The position numbers and the translations under genes were made by a program. From positions 1 through 45,088 of the IMG/VR virus record IMGVR_UViG_3300016484_000479: a stretch of DNA of 45,088 nucleotides, one strand, 5' to 3'. The notes under the pieces were generated by a model. It saw only the letters and a program-made list of their open reading frames with translations, was not told the origin of the DNA and did not search any database. The stretch is from a virus (lineage: Duplodnaviria > Caudoviricetes). Shown in pieces: positions 1 to 7,981 of this stretch (its first letter is position 1; each line of letters opens with the position of its first letter).

Positions 1-81
1 ATGAGCCGCGCGTTCGAGCTCGGCATCGCTGTCATCGCGCTTTGCATCATCTGGGCGCTAGTGGCGCCGCTACCGGCCTAA
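1..81 (+). CDS. Possible 26-aa hydrophobic peptide (MSRAFELGIAVIALCIIWALVAPLPA)
   Basis: ATG at 1 to TAA at 79-81, one TM-like segment, followed directly by a terminator; no clear RBS visible. Confidence 0.4.
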   Translation: MSRAFELGIAVIALCIIWALVAPLPA

Positions 82-87
82 CCATGG

Positions 88-118
88 GGGTGGATGGGGA
101 AACCTGTCCACCCTTTTT
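88..118 (+). terminator. Rho-independent terminator
   Basis: GGGTGGATGGG-GAAA-CCTGTCCACCC stem (2 G-U pairs) followed by TTTTT. Confidence 0.8.
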
Positions 119-134
119 CGTGCCCAACGGACCC

Positions 135-569
135 GGTAGCGTGCGGGTCCGCTGCCCTAGACTCGGAAACGGTCGGGCGCGCTAACTGGGAGTCCCGGTT
201 CGGGTGACACACATCGCAAAATCGCCATCGGTATGCCCGCGACTGCGCCGCCGCTTGTCGCCCGAGTCCGAGGCACCTTTACCCCTTTCGGGTAGGTATG
301 CCTCCGCCTCGACCCTTCGCCTTTCCCCTTTTCGCCTCAAATTAGGTTTCTTTTCGCAACCTTGCTCTTCGCTTTTCCTTTATTTACCAGTTTTTTTTTT
401 TTTCTAGGAAATTCAGAAAAAGGGGGAAGGGGGAGCGAGGGCGAAGGGACGACGCGACGAGCCGAAGGCATATCCATACCGATTTAGCGATGCATGAGGG
501 GTAATCCGGGACTCGCGGTTAGCTATCCCTACGGTTCCCGAGGCACGGGCAGCTATCCCCCGCGCTACC
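135..569. repeat. Long imperfect inverted repeat around a pyrimidine/poly-T and G-tract core; candidate origin or structured RNA
   Basis: 135-198 pairs with 506-569 without gaps (48/64 Watson-Crick by hand count); the same register continues at 212-224/480-492 and 230-237/467-474; T13 at 391-403. Confidence 0.8.
272..302. promoter_or_regulatory. Dispersed ACCC-N5-GGGT element, copy 1 (variant)
   Basis: GGCACC-TTT-ACCC-CTTTC-GGGT-AGG-TATGCC; same spacing as copies at 6389, 18621 and 30810. Confidence 0.55.
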
Positions 570-627
570 CCAGCCACTACCCCGCGATCCCGACGCGCGC
601 AAGTATGCCACCAACTGACCGGCGCGA

Positions 628-656
628 TTGCTTTCCGGCCGGTTTTGTGCTACCAT
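628..656 (+). promoter_or_regulatory. Sigma70-type promoter for early genes
   Basis: TTGCTT-17bp-TACCAT with extended -10 TG, upstream of the first early ORF. Confidence 0.65.
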
Positions 657-704
657 CGGGACGATGGCGAGGGGATTGGCTCGTCGCCATCCGGAGTCAA
701 ACCG

Positions 705-884
705 ATGGCACATATGCACGTGAGTGATAGCGGCCATGCCTACTACGGCAGGGCCTGGGACTGCGATCCCTTCGTCGAGCTCGACGATGAAACCGACCAG
801 CTGGACGAAGAGGACGCCAGCGGGGATTGGCAAACGATTGCCCTTGACCGCTGGGGCGATCGGCTCATCAATGGGAGGTATTGA
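705..884 (+). CDS. Small acidic hypothetical protein
   Basis: GGAG RBS at 693-696, ATG 705, D/E-rich. Confidence 0.6.
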   Translation: MAHMHVSDSGHAYYGRAWDCDPFVELDDETDQLDEEDASGDWQTIALDRWGDRLINGRY

Positions 885-886
885 AT

Positions 887-1117
887 ATGGCTTACTGGAT
901 AGAGCCGTTTGACTTGAACGGCGATTACTATCTCGGGTCGGACGGGTGCGTCAGGCTTGACGGGCGCTTCGGCCTTCAGCGCGCGATAAAGGAGGGGGTT
1001 AATTACTGCTTGCGGCTCCGATTCGTAAAAGGCTCAATCGCGGGCTTTCGCGTATCGCGTGGAAATAAACCATCACAGCTTTTCCCCGTAACAGCGATAA
1101 GGCTGCCCAGGGAGTAG
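887..1117 (+). CDS. Hypothetical protein (lower GC)
   Basis: GGAGG RBS at 874-878, ATG 887. Confidence 0.65.
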   Translation: MAYWIEPFDLNGDYYLGSDGCVRLDGRFGLQRAIKEGVNYCLRLRFVKGSIAGFRVSRGNKPSQLFPVTAIRLPRE

Positions 1118-1199
1118 CGATTGACTTTCCCGCGTAGCGGGCTGGTTTAACCATCGGCCCGCTATCGGGACGGCCATTCGTCCCTAAGGAGTCCAAACC

Positions 1200-1376
1200 A
1201 TGAGCCACCACCCACCCCGCGCTTGCACCGACCCGTTTCACGCGAGCTACCTCGCCTACGAGCCGCACCGCTCGCGCTTCCACCCAGACGACTTCGAGCT
1301 CGAAGTCTTCGACTCGCTCGACGACGAGATGCTGTTCGTCCTCACCTCCCACCACCTCAACGATGCGAAGGACTGA
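1200..1376 (+). CDS. 58-aa hypothetical protein (not in ORF track)
   Basis: TAAGGAG RBS, ATG 1200 to TGA 1374-1376, C-ending codon bias like neighbours. Confidence 0.7.
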   Translation: MSHHPPRACTDPFHASYLAYEPHRSRFHPDDFELEVFDSLDDEMLFVLTSHHLNDAKD

Positions 1377-1379
1377 GCC

Positions 1380-1565
1380 ATGGCCCTTCCATCCCTCAAG
1401 CAAGTCCTCATGGACCGTGACGGCCTCACCGAGCGCGAGGCCCTTGATCTCATCGACGAGTGCCGTCGGGAGATAGCACTCGTTGAAAGCTACGACGAGG
1501 CTGAGTCAATCTACGAGGACTACTTCGGTCTTGAGCCCGACTGGCTCGACGAAATCCTTTTTTAG
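1380..1565 (+). CDS. Hypothetical protein
   Basis: Tightly packed ORF with phage-like codon bias. Confidence 0.75.
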   Translation: MALPSLKQVLMDRDGLTEREALDLIDECRREIALVESYDEAESIYEDYFGLEPDWLDEILF

Positions 1566-1575
1566 GAGCTCCGCT

Positions 1576-1743
1576 ATGCGCACCATCGACGTCACTCCCA
1601 CTTGGACCGCCGTCCTTCCCGCCTGGCTCGCCGTAGCCGAGCAGGGATACCGCACCCACAACCTCGAGCTCATCTCTAACTTCGTCGCTGAGATGCGACG
1701 GATGGCCGAGGCCGCCGACCGCTGGAACGCCGCTCATGAATAA
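1576..1743 (+). CDS. Hypothetical protein
   Basis: AGGAG RBS, ATG 1576. Confidence 0.7.
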   Translation: MRTIDVTPTWTAVLPAWLAVAEQGYRTHNLELISNFVAEMRRMAEAADRWNAAHE

Positions 1744-1948
1744 CCTCATCCACGCACAGGCCCACCACCTCTATTCCGACGCCGCAGGCATTACGTTTGA
1801 CTTCGGCGCCGGGGAGGTTGACGTGCTTTGGCCCACCCCCGACCAGCCCAGCTACTGCGTCGCCAGCGCGCGGGGCGTGGCCGAGTTCCTGTCCTTCGCC
1901 GACGCGCTTGACTACGCCTGCCGCGGACCGTTTGTTGAGGTGCTGTGA
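1736..1948 (+). CDS. Hypothetical protein
   Basis: Overlapping start/stop coupling with neighbours. Confidence 0.7.
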   Translation: MNNLIHAQAHHLYSDAAGITFDFGAGEVDVLWPTPDQPSYCVASARGVAEFLSFADALDYACRGPFVEVL

Positions 1949-2253
1949 TGACCGTCCGCCTTGGCCTCGGCCCCGACAACGACCTCGAGCTCACCCTCCC
2001 ATCGGGAGTTCGCCGCTACGTCCCGGTCGGCCCACACTCAACCCAGCTGCTCTGGCGCATCCTCTGGTCCGCGACCAGCGGCGGCACCGAACCGGCGGTC
2101 AAGTTCCCCGCCCAGCGCGTCATTGACCAGTGGGCGGAAGAGATCATGCCAGGGCGCCGTGCCGAGGAGACCGAAGCGCGCGCCGCTGAACGCCGTGAGG
2201 CCGCCGCGCAGCGCGTAGCCGCCAGTGGCTTTGACATTGACTTCAACCTGTGA
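1945..2253 (+). CDS. Hypothetical protein
   Basis: GAGG RBS, GTGA overlap. Confidence 0.7.
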   Translation: MMTVRLGLGPDNDLELTLPSGVRRYVPVGPHSTQLLWRILWSATSGGTEPAVKFPAQRVIDQWAEEIMPGRRAEETEARAAERREAAAQRVAASGFDIDFNL

Positions 2254-2263
2254 GGAGCCTCGT

Positions 2264-2452
2264 ATGCAAAAGCTGTGGCGTAAACAGTTTAACCAGGGCT
2301 TTCGTGTTAGATCAGTCGATCTTATAGAGCGTGAAGGTAACGCTATGCTCAGTGTGGGCGTTTACGGAGCCCATTACGGGATGGTCTTACTCCCGCATGA
2401 AGTTGATGAACTGATCAAAGCCCTTTTACAGTTTAGGAGCCTTCCCCTATGA
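2264..2452 (+). CDS. Hypothetical protein (lower GC)
   Basis: GAGGAG RBS, ATG 2264. Confidence 0.65.
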   Translation: MQKLWRKQFNQGFRVRSVDLIEREGNAMLSVGVYGAHYGMVLLPHEVDELIKALLQFRSLPL

Positions 2453-2664
2453 CCAAAATTGAACGAGTCCAAGCCTTCCGCGCGCCGGACGGCCAGCTCT
2501 ACGCCACCCGCGAAGAGTGCCGCGCCGCCGTGATCCAGGCGGTCGTCACCGACCTTGTCGCTTCCACCTGCGTTGAGTTCGACGCCCAGGGCGTGACAGA
2601 TTTCGTCTGCCGCAACCTCGATCTTATCAACGCGAGCGTGGATCGCGCGATGGGGTCGGTATGA
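2449..2664 (+). CDS. Hypothetical protein
   Basis: AGGAG RBS, ATGA overlap. Confidence 0.7.
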   Translation: MTKIERVQAFRAPDGQLYATREECRAAVIQAVVTDLVASTCVEFDAQGVTDFVCRNLDLINASVDRAMGSV

Positions 2665-2960
2665 TCCAGCGCGCCGACAGCTGGCACGGGGTGGCCATCC
2701 CGCCCCTCAGCCCTTCCGCCGCCACCGCGTTCGAGACCGCGTGGATACTCCTTAACAACCCGGTGGCCTACGTCACCTCGAAGGGCCATATCGACCGCAG
2801 CCGGGCGCCGCGCAACGGCCACTGGCGGGACGTGATGGCCCTGGCCCTCTCCGTCATCGACGAGCCGCGTGACGCCCAAGACTCCGCCATCCTCGCCCAC
2901 ATCACCCACCTCCGCAACCGCTGGCGCACGGCAGTTCCCGGCGTCACCTTCAACATATGA
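2661..2960 (+). CDS. Hypothetical protein
   Basis: ATGA overlaps at both ends. Confidence 0.65.
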   Translation: MIQRADSWHGVAIPPLSPSAATAFETAWILLNNPVAYVTSKGHIDRSRAPRNGHWRDVMALALSVIDEPRDAQDSAILAHITHLRNRWRTAVPGVTFNI

Positions 2961-3301
2961 GGCCCTCTATGTCCCGACTATCCCAGTTCTTCGATGTCAA
3001 GCAGGTGGCCGATCAGGCCCTAGCCGCCGGTGGTGGCACCTACACTCTCCCCACCCACGGCGACGCGGTTCACTGGCGCCAGCGCTTCTACCGTTTCCGC
3101 AAGGCGTGGCACAAGGAGTTCGCTGACCCGGCTTACGACTCCATCATCCTCCGGCGCGTGGCCGAAGGGTCCGCCACTGTCCACATCGAAATCCAGCGGG
3201 TGCTGGGTAACTTCGTCCCGGCCGGCGAGAGCCAACCATCGGCCGATCTTTTCGCCGAGGCGGAACTGTTCGCCAAGAAACTGAATGGAGACATCCTGTG
3301 A
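2957..3301 (+). CDS. Hypothetical protein
   Basis: ATGA overlap, codon bias. Confidence 0.7.
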   Translation: MRPSMSRLSQFFDVKQVADQALAAGGGTYTLPTHGDAVHWRQRFYRFRKAWHKEFADPAYDSIILRRVAEGSATVHIEIQRVLGNFVPAGESQPSADLFAEAELFAKKLNGDIL

Positions 3302-3579
3302 CCGACCGAGACTACATCGCTGAGCGCATTAACGCCGGTGCCCATCTCATCCCCGGCCACATGGTCGGCGCGGTTCGCCGTTACATCCTCGACGGTATCC
3401 CGCCCGGTTCATTCCTGACCGCTGTCATTTGCAACGACCTTTTCGGTGCGGTTGCTTGCGCCGATGAGGAGAACCTTGTGGCTTTGGCCTCTTGGGTCCG
3501 CTTTTTCTACAACTACGCACCGACTGGCTGTTATGGCTCCCGCGAGAACATGGCCAACTGGATAAGGAGTATCCCCTGA
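3298..3579 (+). CDS. Hypothetical phage protein (GIPPGSFLTAV motif)
   Basis: GGAG RBS, GTGA overlap; motif resembles a common small phage protein family. Confidence 0.75.
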   Translation: MTDRDYIAERINAGAHLIPGHMVGAVRRYILDGIPPGSFLTAVICNDLFGAVACADEENLVALASWVRFFYNYAPTGCYGSRENMANWIRSIP

Positions 3580-3791
3580 TGCACACCGCCTTCTCTTACA
3601 CCCTCGACCGCGAACCGCCTCTCGACATCAACGTTGAGGGTTACTATGAAAAGGGCTGGAAGCTCCGCCCTGCCGAGCCCGGCACTTTCGTCATCGAGTC
3701 GGTGACTGACGAAACCGGCGCGGAGATTGAAACCTCCGAGGCCGAGGACGCCGCTATCATCGAATACGCACTGGACAACCAAGACTGGTAA
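3579..3791 (+). CDS. Small acidic hypothetical protein
   Basis: TAAGGAG RBS, TGATG overlap. Confidence 0.7.
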   Translation: MHTAFSYTLDREPPLDINVEGYYEKGWKLRPAEPGTFVIESVTDETGAEIETSEAEDAAIIEYALDNQDW

Positions 3792-3802
3792 GGAACTTTG
3801 TT

Positions 3803-4072
3803 ATGCCGCTCGCACCTTGCACGATCCTCGGGGGTTTACCCGTTATTGCTGATGTCACTTTTACCCGCGACTACTACGGGGAGCACGACGCATACGTTAA
3901 CGAGCTTTACTGGCAGGTGCGAGGCAGCCTACGGCATGGAAAGCCCTTAAGCCAAAAAGTTATGGATAGGCTGGACAAAATCCCATACTGGGAAGCCGAC
4001 GTTATTGAACAAGTAAACGATTGGCTCGCCTCACTTGAACCTCCAACTACGGAGACCCTCGATGCCCCGTAA
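3803..4072 (+). CDS. Hypothetical protein (lower GC)
   Basis: TAAGGA RBS. Confidence 0.7.
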   Translation: MPLAPCTILGGLPVIADVTFTRDYYGEHDAYVNELYWQVRGSLRHGKPLSQKVMDRLDKIPYWEADVIEQVNDWLASLEPPTTETLDAP

Positions 4073-4247
4073 CCGCCTAATCACCCTCACTCAATACCCC
4101 GACGGCAACATCCTGCTGACCGCTGGGTTCCTCAGCCGGGCCTACAAGGTCGAACTATCGCCCGACGAGGCCCAGCACCTTTCCAACCGCCTGCAGGCCT
4201 TCGTCAAAGGCCAATACACTCTCCCCGAAACCATCATCAAGGACTAA
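4062..4247 (+). CDS. Hypothetical protein
   Basis: GGAG RBS, ATG 4062. Confidence 0.65.
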   Translation: MPRNRLITLTQYPDGNILLTAGFLSRAYKVELSPDEAQHLSNRLQAFVKGQYTLPETIIKD

Positions 4248-4251
4248 CCCC

Positions 4252-4578
4252 ATGATCCTCAATTGGCACTACAACACCCGCTACCCTGCCGACAAGATCG
4301 CCCAGCTGCTCGGCATTGTCCCCTCCTTCATCCTCGCCGACGATCCCCGCCCAGCCCACGAGCAGATCGATGAGCGCTACGCTCACGGCGGTGGCTGGAA
4401 CCCACACCTGCCGGGCAAGTGGCAGATGAACGAGGACCTCTACCTCATCTACCCTGGCGATCCGCCGCTCGAGCCCCTTGCCTTCGCCTTCCATGGCAAG
4501 GAGCAGATCGTCGTCTACCCTCACAACTTTGTCGCCATCCTCACTGGCGATGCGTTCAGCGTGGCGAGGCTCAGCTAA
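4252..4578 (+). CDS. Hypothetical phage protein
   Basis: AAGGA RBS, codon bias. Confidence 0.75.
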   Translation: MILNWHYNTRYPADKIAQLLGIVPSFILADDPRPAHEQIDERYAHGGGWNPHLPGKWQMNEDLYLIYPGDPPLEPLAFAFHGKEQIVVYPHNFVAILTGDAFSVARLS

Positions 4579-4769
4579 TGACCAGCCGCTTCACCCGCCG
4601 CCAAATCTGGCGCCATAACGGACTGTTCGGGCATACCGGAATGGCTCGCCAAGCTATGCGAGCTGTGCAAGAGTCCCAAACGGCTACGCGGAATGCCAAG
4701 CTGCTTGCTTCCAGCATCGAGCGCGACCTTATCCGTTTGGCTCAACTCCTCAAGGAGCGTGATGAATGA
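4578..4769 (+). CDS. Hypothetical protein
   Basis: TAATG overlap, GAGG RBS. Confidence 0.65.
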   Translation: MTSRFTRRQIWRHNGLFGHTGMARQAMRAVQESQTATRNAKLLASSIERDLIRLAQLLKERDE

Positions 4770-4957
4770 CCCAGCCCCCTCGCCAGTTCATCGACTGGTT
4801 CGACGACGGCCGGTTCGCCTACGCTCGCGGCCTGACCGTCCCCCCTACCCACCTGCCCCAAACCATCTCGGCCATGCTCGACGCGGGCTGGGAACTCGAC
4901 CACATCTTCGGTGAGGCCAGCGCGGCCAACATCGGATTCATTTTCAGGAAGACCTAA
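4766..4957 (+). CDS. Hypothetical protein
   Basis: AAGGAG RBS, ATGA overlap. Confidence 0.65.
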   Translation: MTQPPRQFIDWFDDGRFAYARGLTVPPTHLPQTISAMLDAGWELDHIFGEASAANIGFIFRKT

Positions 4958-4959
4958 CT

Positions 4960-6384
4960 GTGTTCACCCCAACCGACGAACAACTCGCCATCGTTGACGC
5001 CGCCGTCAACTCCACCGACAACCTCCTCATCCAAGCAGGCGCCGGGGCGGCCAAAACCTCCACCCTTGAGCTCGTTGCCAAGGCCCTGCCGGACACCGAA
5101 ATCCTCTGCCTCGCTTTCAACAAAAAGATCGCGCTGGAGATGACCGAGCGGATGCCGGCGAACGTCAAGGCCATGACCCTCAACGCCATCGGCCACCGAG
5201 TCTGGATGGACTCGTCCGGCCGCCGGTTGCGCCTCGAGACCGACAAGACCTACAAGATCATGAGCGAGCTCATCGAGGCCCTCCCTTCCTCTTCCCGCCC
5301 CTACGACTCGATGGGCGAGCTGATGAAGCTCGTCGGCTTCGGCAAGCAATGCGGTTACGTCCCGACTGACCACTTCCCCCAGGCCCGCGGCCTCATGTCC
5401 GACGAGGAGTTCTTCGCCCACATCGACCTTAAACTCTCCGACATCGAGTTCGACCTTGTGCGCTCCGCCACGGTCCAGTCAATCACCCAAGCCCTCTCTG
5501 GCCTCATCGACTTCGACGATCAGGTCTTCATGCCAACCATCTTCTCCGGCTCCTTTCCCCGCTACAAGCTAACCCTCGTAGACGAGGCCCAAGACCTGTC
5601 CTCCCTCAACCACCGAATGCTGCACAAGATGGTCGGCACCCGGCGGCTCATCGCAGTTGGCGATCGCGCCCAGGCGATCTACGGTTTCCGCGGCGCGCAC
5701 GAGGAGTCGATGAAGAAGCTGGGCCAAGAGTTCTCTTGCCGGGAGCTCCCCCTCACCTTGACCTTCCGATGCCCCGAGACCCTCGTCGCCCACGCGCGCT
5801 GGCGTGCCCCGCTCATGCGCAGTAACAAGCCCGGCGGCGAGGTCAAGACCCTCGGGTCTTGGTCCTCCGACTCCATCCCCGACGGCGCCTTTATCCTCTG
5901 CCGCAACAACGCTCCGCTGTTTCGCACGGCCGTCCGGCTGCTCAAGCAGTCTCGGCACTGCGAGCTTTCGTCCGGCGACGTTGCCAAGCAGCTGCTCAAA
6001 GTCATGACCAAGTTCGGTCCCAAGTCCCTCACCCAGCCCGAGGTGCTCGACAAGATCGAGGCGTGGAAGGAGAAGGAGAAGGCCAAGCTCAAGCCCCGCG
6101 CCCACGGGCTGGTTCACGACAAGGCCGAGTGCATGGTCATCTTCGCCAACGCAGGTGCCACCCTCGGCGAGGCCCTGGCCTACATCAACCACCTCATCAA
6201 CTCCACCGGTTCAATCAAGCTCTACACTGGCCACAAGGCCAAGGGTCTCGAGACCGACCACGTGTTCATCCTCGACAAACAGCTCCTCGACGACGAGGGG
6301 CAGGACCTCAACCTCCTCTACGTCATGCAAACCCGCGCCAAGCAGACCCTCACTTACATCGACTCCGGGGGTTACGTTGGGTGA
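4960..6384 (+). CDS. UvrD/Rep-like superfamily 1 helicase
   Basis: Q motif (PTDEQ), Walker A AGAGAAKT, DEAQD, GDRAQAIYGFRGA, TGHKAKGLE, YVMQTRAK. Confidence 0.92.
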   Translation: MFTPTDEQLAIVDAAVNSTDNLLIQAGAGAAKTSTLELVAKALPDTEILCLAFNKKIALEMTERMPANVKAMTLNAIGHRVWMDSSGRRLRLETDKTYKIMSELIEALPSSSRPYDSMGELMKLVGFGKQCGYVPTDHFPQARGLMSDEEFFAHIDLKLSDIEFDLVRSATVQSITQALSGLIDFDDQVFMPTIFSGSFPRYKLTLVDEAQDLSSLNHRMLHKMVGTRRLIAVGDRAQAIYGFRGAHEESMKKLGQEFSCRELPLTLTFRCPETLVAHARWRAPLMRSNKPGGEVKTLGSWSSDSIPDGAFILCRNNAPLFRTAVRLLKQSRHCELSSGDVAKQLLKVMTKFGPKSLTQPEVLDKIEAWKEKEKAKLKPRAHGLVHDKAECMVIFANAGATLGEALAYINHLINSTGSIKLYTGHKAKGLETDHVFILDKQLLDDEGQDLNLLYVMQTRAKQTLTYIDSGGYVG

Positions 6385-6388
6385 GGCC

Positions 6389-6421
6389 GATATGCCTCTA
6401 CCCTTTAGGGGTCAATATGCC
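6389..6421. promoter_or_regulatory. Dispersed ACCC-N5-GGGT element, copy 2
   Basis: GATATGCC-TCT-ACCC-TTTAG-GGGT-CAA-TATGCC just after the helicase stop. Confidence 0.7.
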
Positions 6422-6439
6422 CCCGACTGACCATCCCCC

Positions 6440-6468
6440 TTTACATGTCCGCCGGTTTCCGCTACCAT
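6440..6468 (+). promoter_or_regulatory. Sigma70-type promoter
   Basis: TTTACA-17bp-TACCAT; same -10 as the promoter at 628. Confidence 0.6.
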
Positions 6469-6514
6469 CGCGGCGGCACCATCGCCACCACAACCAAGAC
6501 GGAGATTACCCCAA

Positions 6515-7042
6515 ATGGAGACTCGCCCCAAGGTCATCAACGGCCTCTCGTTCGAACTCACCCAGCCCTACGCTGAAGGCCATGTCCTGACCGCCCTCGA
6601 GGCCCGCGTCCTCAACCAGACCCGCAGCGAGAACATCGGCAACAACGTCCGCCAGCGGATCAAGGACATGCTCGAAGGCGGCACTGAAGCCTACCCGCAG
6701 CCGGCCAGCGAAGCCGACATTCGCGCCTATGTCACTGAGTTCGACGCGGCCTACGAGTTCCGCACCGCCAGCGAAGGTGGCCGGACCTCGCGCGATCCTT
6801 ACGAAGTCGAGGCGCGCAAGATCGCCCGCGACCTGCTCAAGGATCACCTGGCTGCCTCCGGCCGCAAGCTCACCGTCGCGCCCGAGGGCCTCACCGACGA
6901 CGAGTGGAAGGAGAAGGTCGATACCGAGATCGACCGTATCGCCTCGACCGACGGCGTTCTGGCTGCGGCCAAGAAGAACGTCGATGCGAAGAAGAAGCAG
7001 GCGGCGGCGCTCGCCGAGGCGGTTGGCGGCTCGAGCATCTAA
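6515..7042 (+). CDS. Hypothetical helical protein, probably highly expressed
   Basis: Own promoter and GGAG RBS, strong codon bias, followed by a hairpin. Confidence 0.85.
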   Translation: METRPKVINGLSFELTQPYAEGHVLTALEARVLNQTRSENIGNNVRQRIKDMLEGGTEAYPQPASEADIRAYVTEFDAAYEFRTASEGGRTSRDPYEVEARKIARDLLKDHLAASGRKLTVAPEGLTDDEWKEKVDTEIDRIASTDGVLAAAKKNVDAKKKQAAALAEAVGGSSI

Positions 7043-7053
7043 CCACCTGCCTA

Positions 7054-7088
7054 GGGGGCACCGGTGATTGACTCCCACCGGTGCCCCC
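7054..7088 (+). terminator. Perfect 13-bp hairpin (terminator or processing site)
   Basis: GGGGGCACCGGTG-9nt-CACCGGTGCCCCC, no strong U tract. Confidence 0.55.
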
Positions 7089-7108
7089 GCACTTCTAGGA
7101 GAGCCCCT

Positions 7109-7396
7109 ATGGCCGAAGCATTCGCCCCTCTCGTCGGCACCCACTTTCGCGGTAGCGAGGCCAAGCACCTCGTCAACGCGCTGGCCCCCGGTGACACCAA
7201 CTTTCAGTTCGAGCGCGAACCCGACAACGAATATGACTCCAACGCTATCCGCGTCCTCATCGAGGGCGAGCACGTCGGCTACCTCGCCCGCGTGAACAAC
7301 AACAGCGTCGCCCGCGCGATGGATGAAGGCGCAGCTATCAGCGCCACCGTCATCGACTTCGAGGGCCGCAAGCCGGTGCTCCACCTTGTCTGGTAA
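7109..7396 (+). CDS. HIRAN-domain protein
   Basis: LVGTHFRG...EREPDNEYDSNAIRV...HVGYLAR HIRAN signature; AGGAG RBS. Confidence 0.85.
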   Translation: MAEAFAPLVGTHFRGSEAKHLVNALAPGDTNFQFEREPDNEYDSNAIRVLIEGEHVGYLARVNNNSVARAMDEGAAISATVIDFEGRKPVLHLVW

Positions 7397-7604
7397 CACC
7401 CCTCTCATCTCCCTCCTCTACGAGGCCCTCGACACCCCGCTGGGCCTCGTAGTGGAGACCCCCGATCCCGAGCGGCTCCGGCAAAAGCTTTACCCACTGC
7501 GTAAGCAAGACCCGCTGTTCGAGCCGCTGTCTTTCATCCTTTCCCCCCTCAACCCCACGAACCTGTGGATACTCAAGAGGCCCCCCAATGGCGAAGAACC
7601 CTGA
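7386..7604 (+). CDS. Hypothetical protein (start uncertain)
   Basis: Fills the gap between HIRAN and the next ORF; TTG start inferred. Confidence 0.6.
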   Translation: MSGNTPLISLLYEALDTPLGLVVETPDPERLRQKLYPLRKQDPLFEPLSFILSPLNPTNLWILKRPPNGEEP

Positions 7605-7770
7605 CCTTCAGCGCCACGCGCTAAACCTGCGGGCCGGCGATTATGCCAAGCTGCAGGACCTCTACCCCGAAATCGGAGCGGCCGCGGTTATCCGCCAGAT
7701 CGTTCACGACTTCATCGCCCGCCTCGAGGCCAACGACACCCGCCCGGCCTCGCCCGACATCGAACTGTAA
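7588..7770 (+). CDS. Small protein, possible ribbon-helix-helix DNA binder
   Basis: Pattern RHALNL (strand), YAKLQDLY (helix), AAAVIRQIVHDFI (helix). Confidence 0.55.
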   Translation: MAKNPDLQRHALNLRAGDYAKLQDLYPEIGAAAVIRQIVHDFIARLEANDTRPASPDIEL

Positions 7771-7783
7771 GGAGTCACCCCCG

Positions 7784-7981
7784 ATGGACATTGTTGAGCT
7801 TCTCGCCCGTGATCCACTCCTCTACACCGAGGACGACCTCACCCTCATCGTCACCGAGTTGCGCAAGTCCCGCGCCGCCTTCAACCTCGGCAACGTCAAG
7901 GCTGGTTCGACCAAGCCCAAAACCGCCAAGCAGAAGCAGCTGAGCGACCTCGCCGGCTCCATCGGGGGGATTAACCTGTGA
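7784..7981 (+). CDS. Hypothetical protein
   Basis: TAAGGAG RBS, ATG 7784. Confidence 0.75.
   Translation: MDIVELLARDPLLYTEDDLTLIVTELRKSRAAFNLGNVKAGSTKPKTAKQKQLSDLAGSIGGINL

Noticed and set aside
160-514. Cluster of GANTC (CcrM) sites in the foldback
   Set aside because: GANTC is also frequent in coding regions here; enrichment not established without counting
204-727. ORFs 204-407 and 494-727
   Set aside because: Low-complexity translations of the inverted-repeat region, no RBS, atypical codons
1121-1154. Promoter TTGACT upstream of ORF 1200
   Set aside because: No convincing -10 at 16-18 bp spacing; cannot be supported without TSS data
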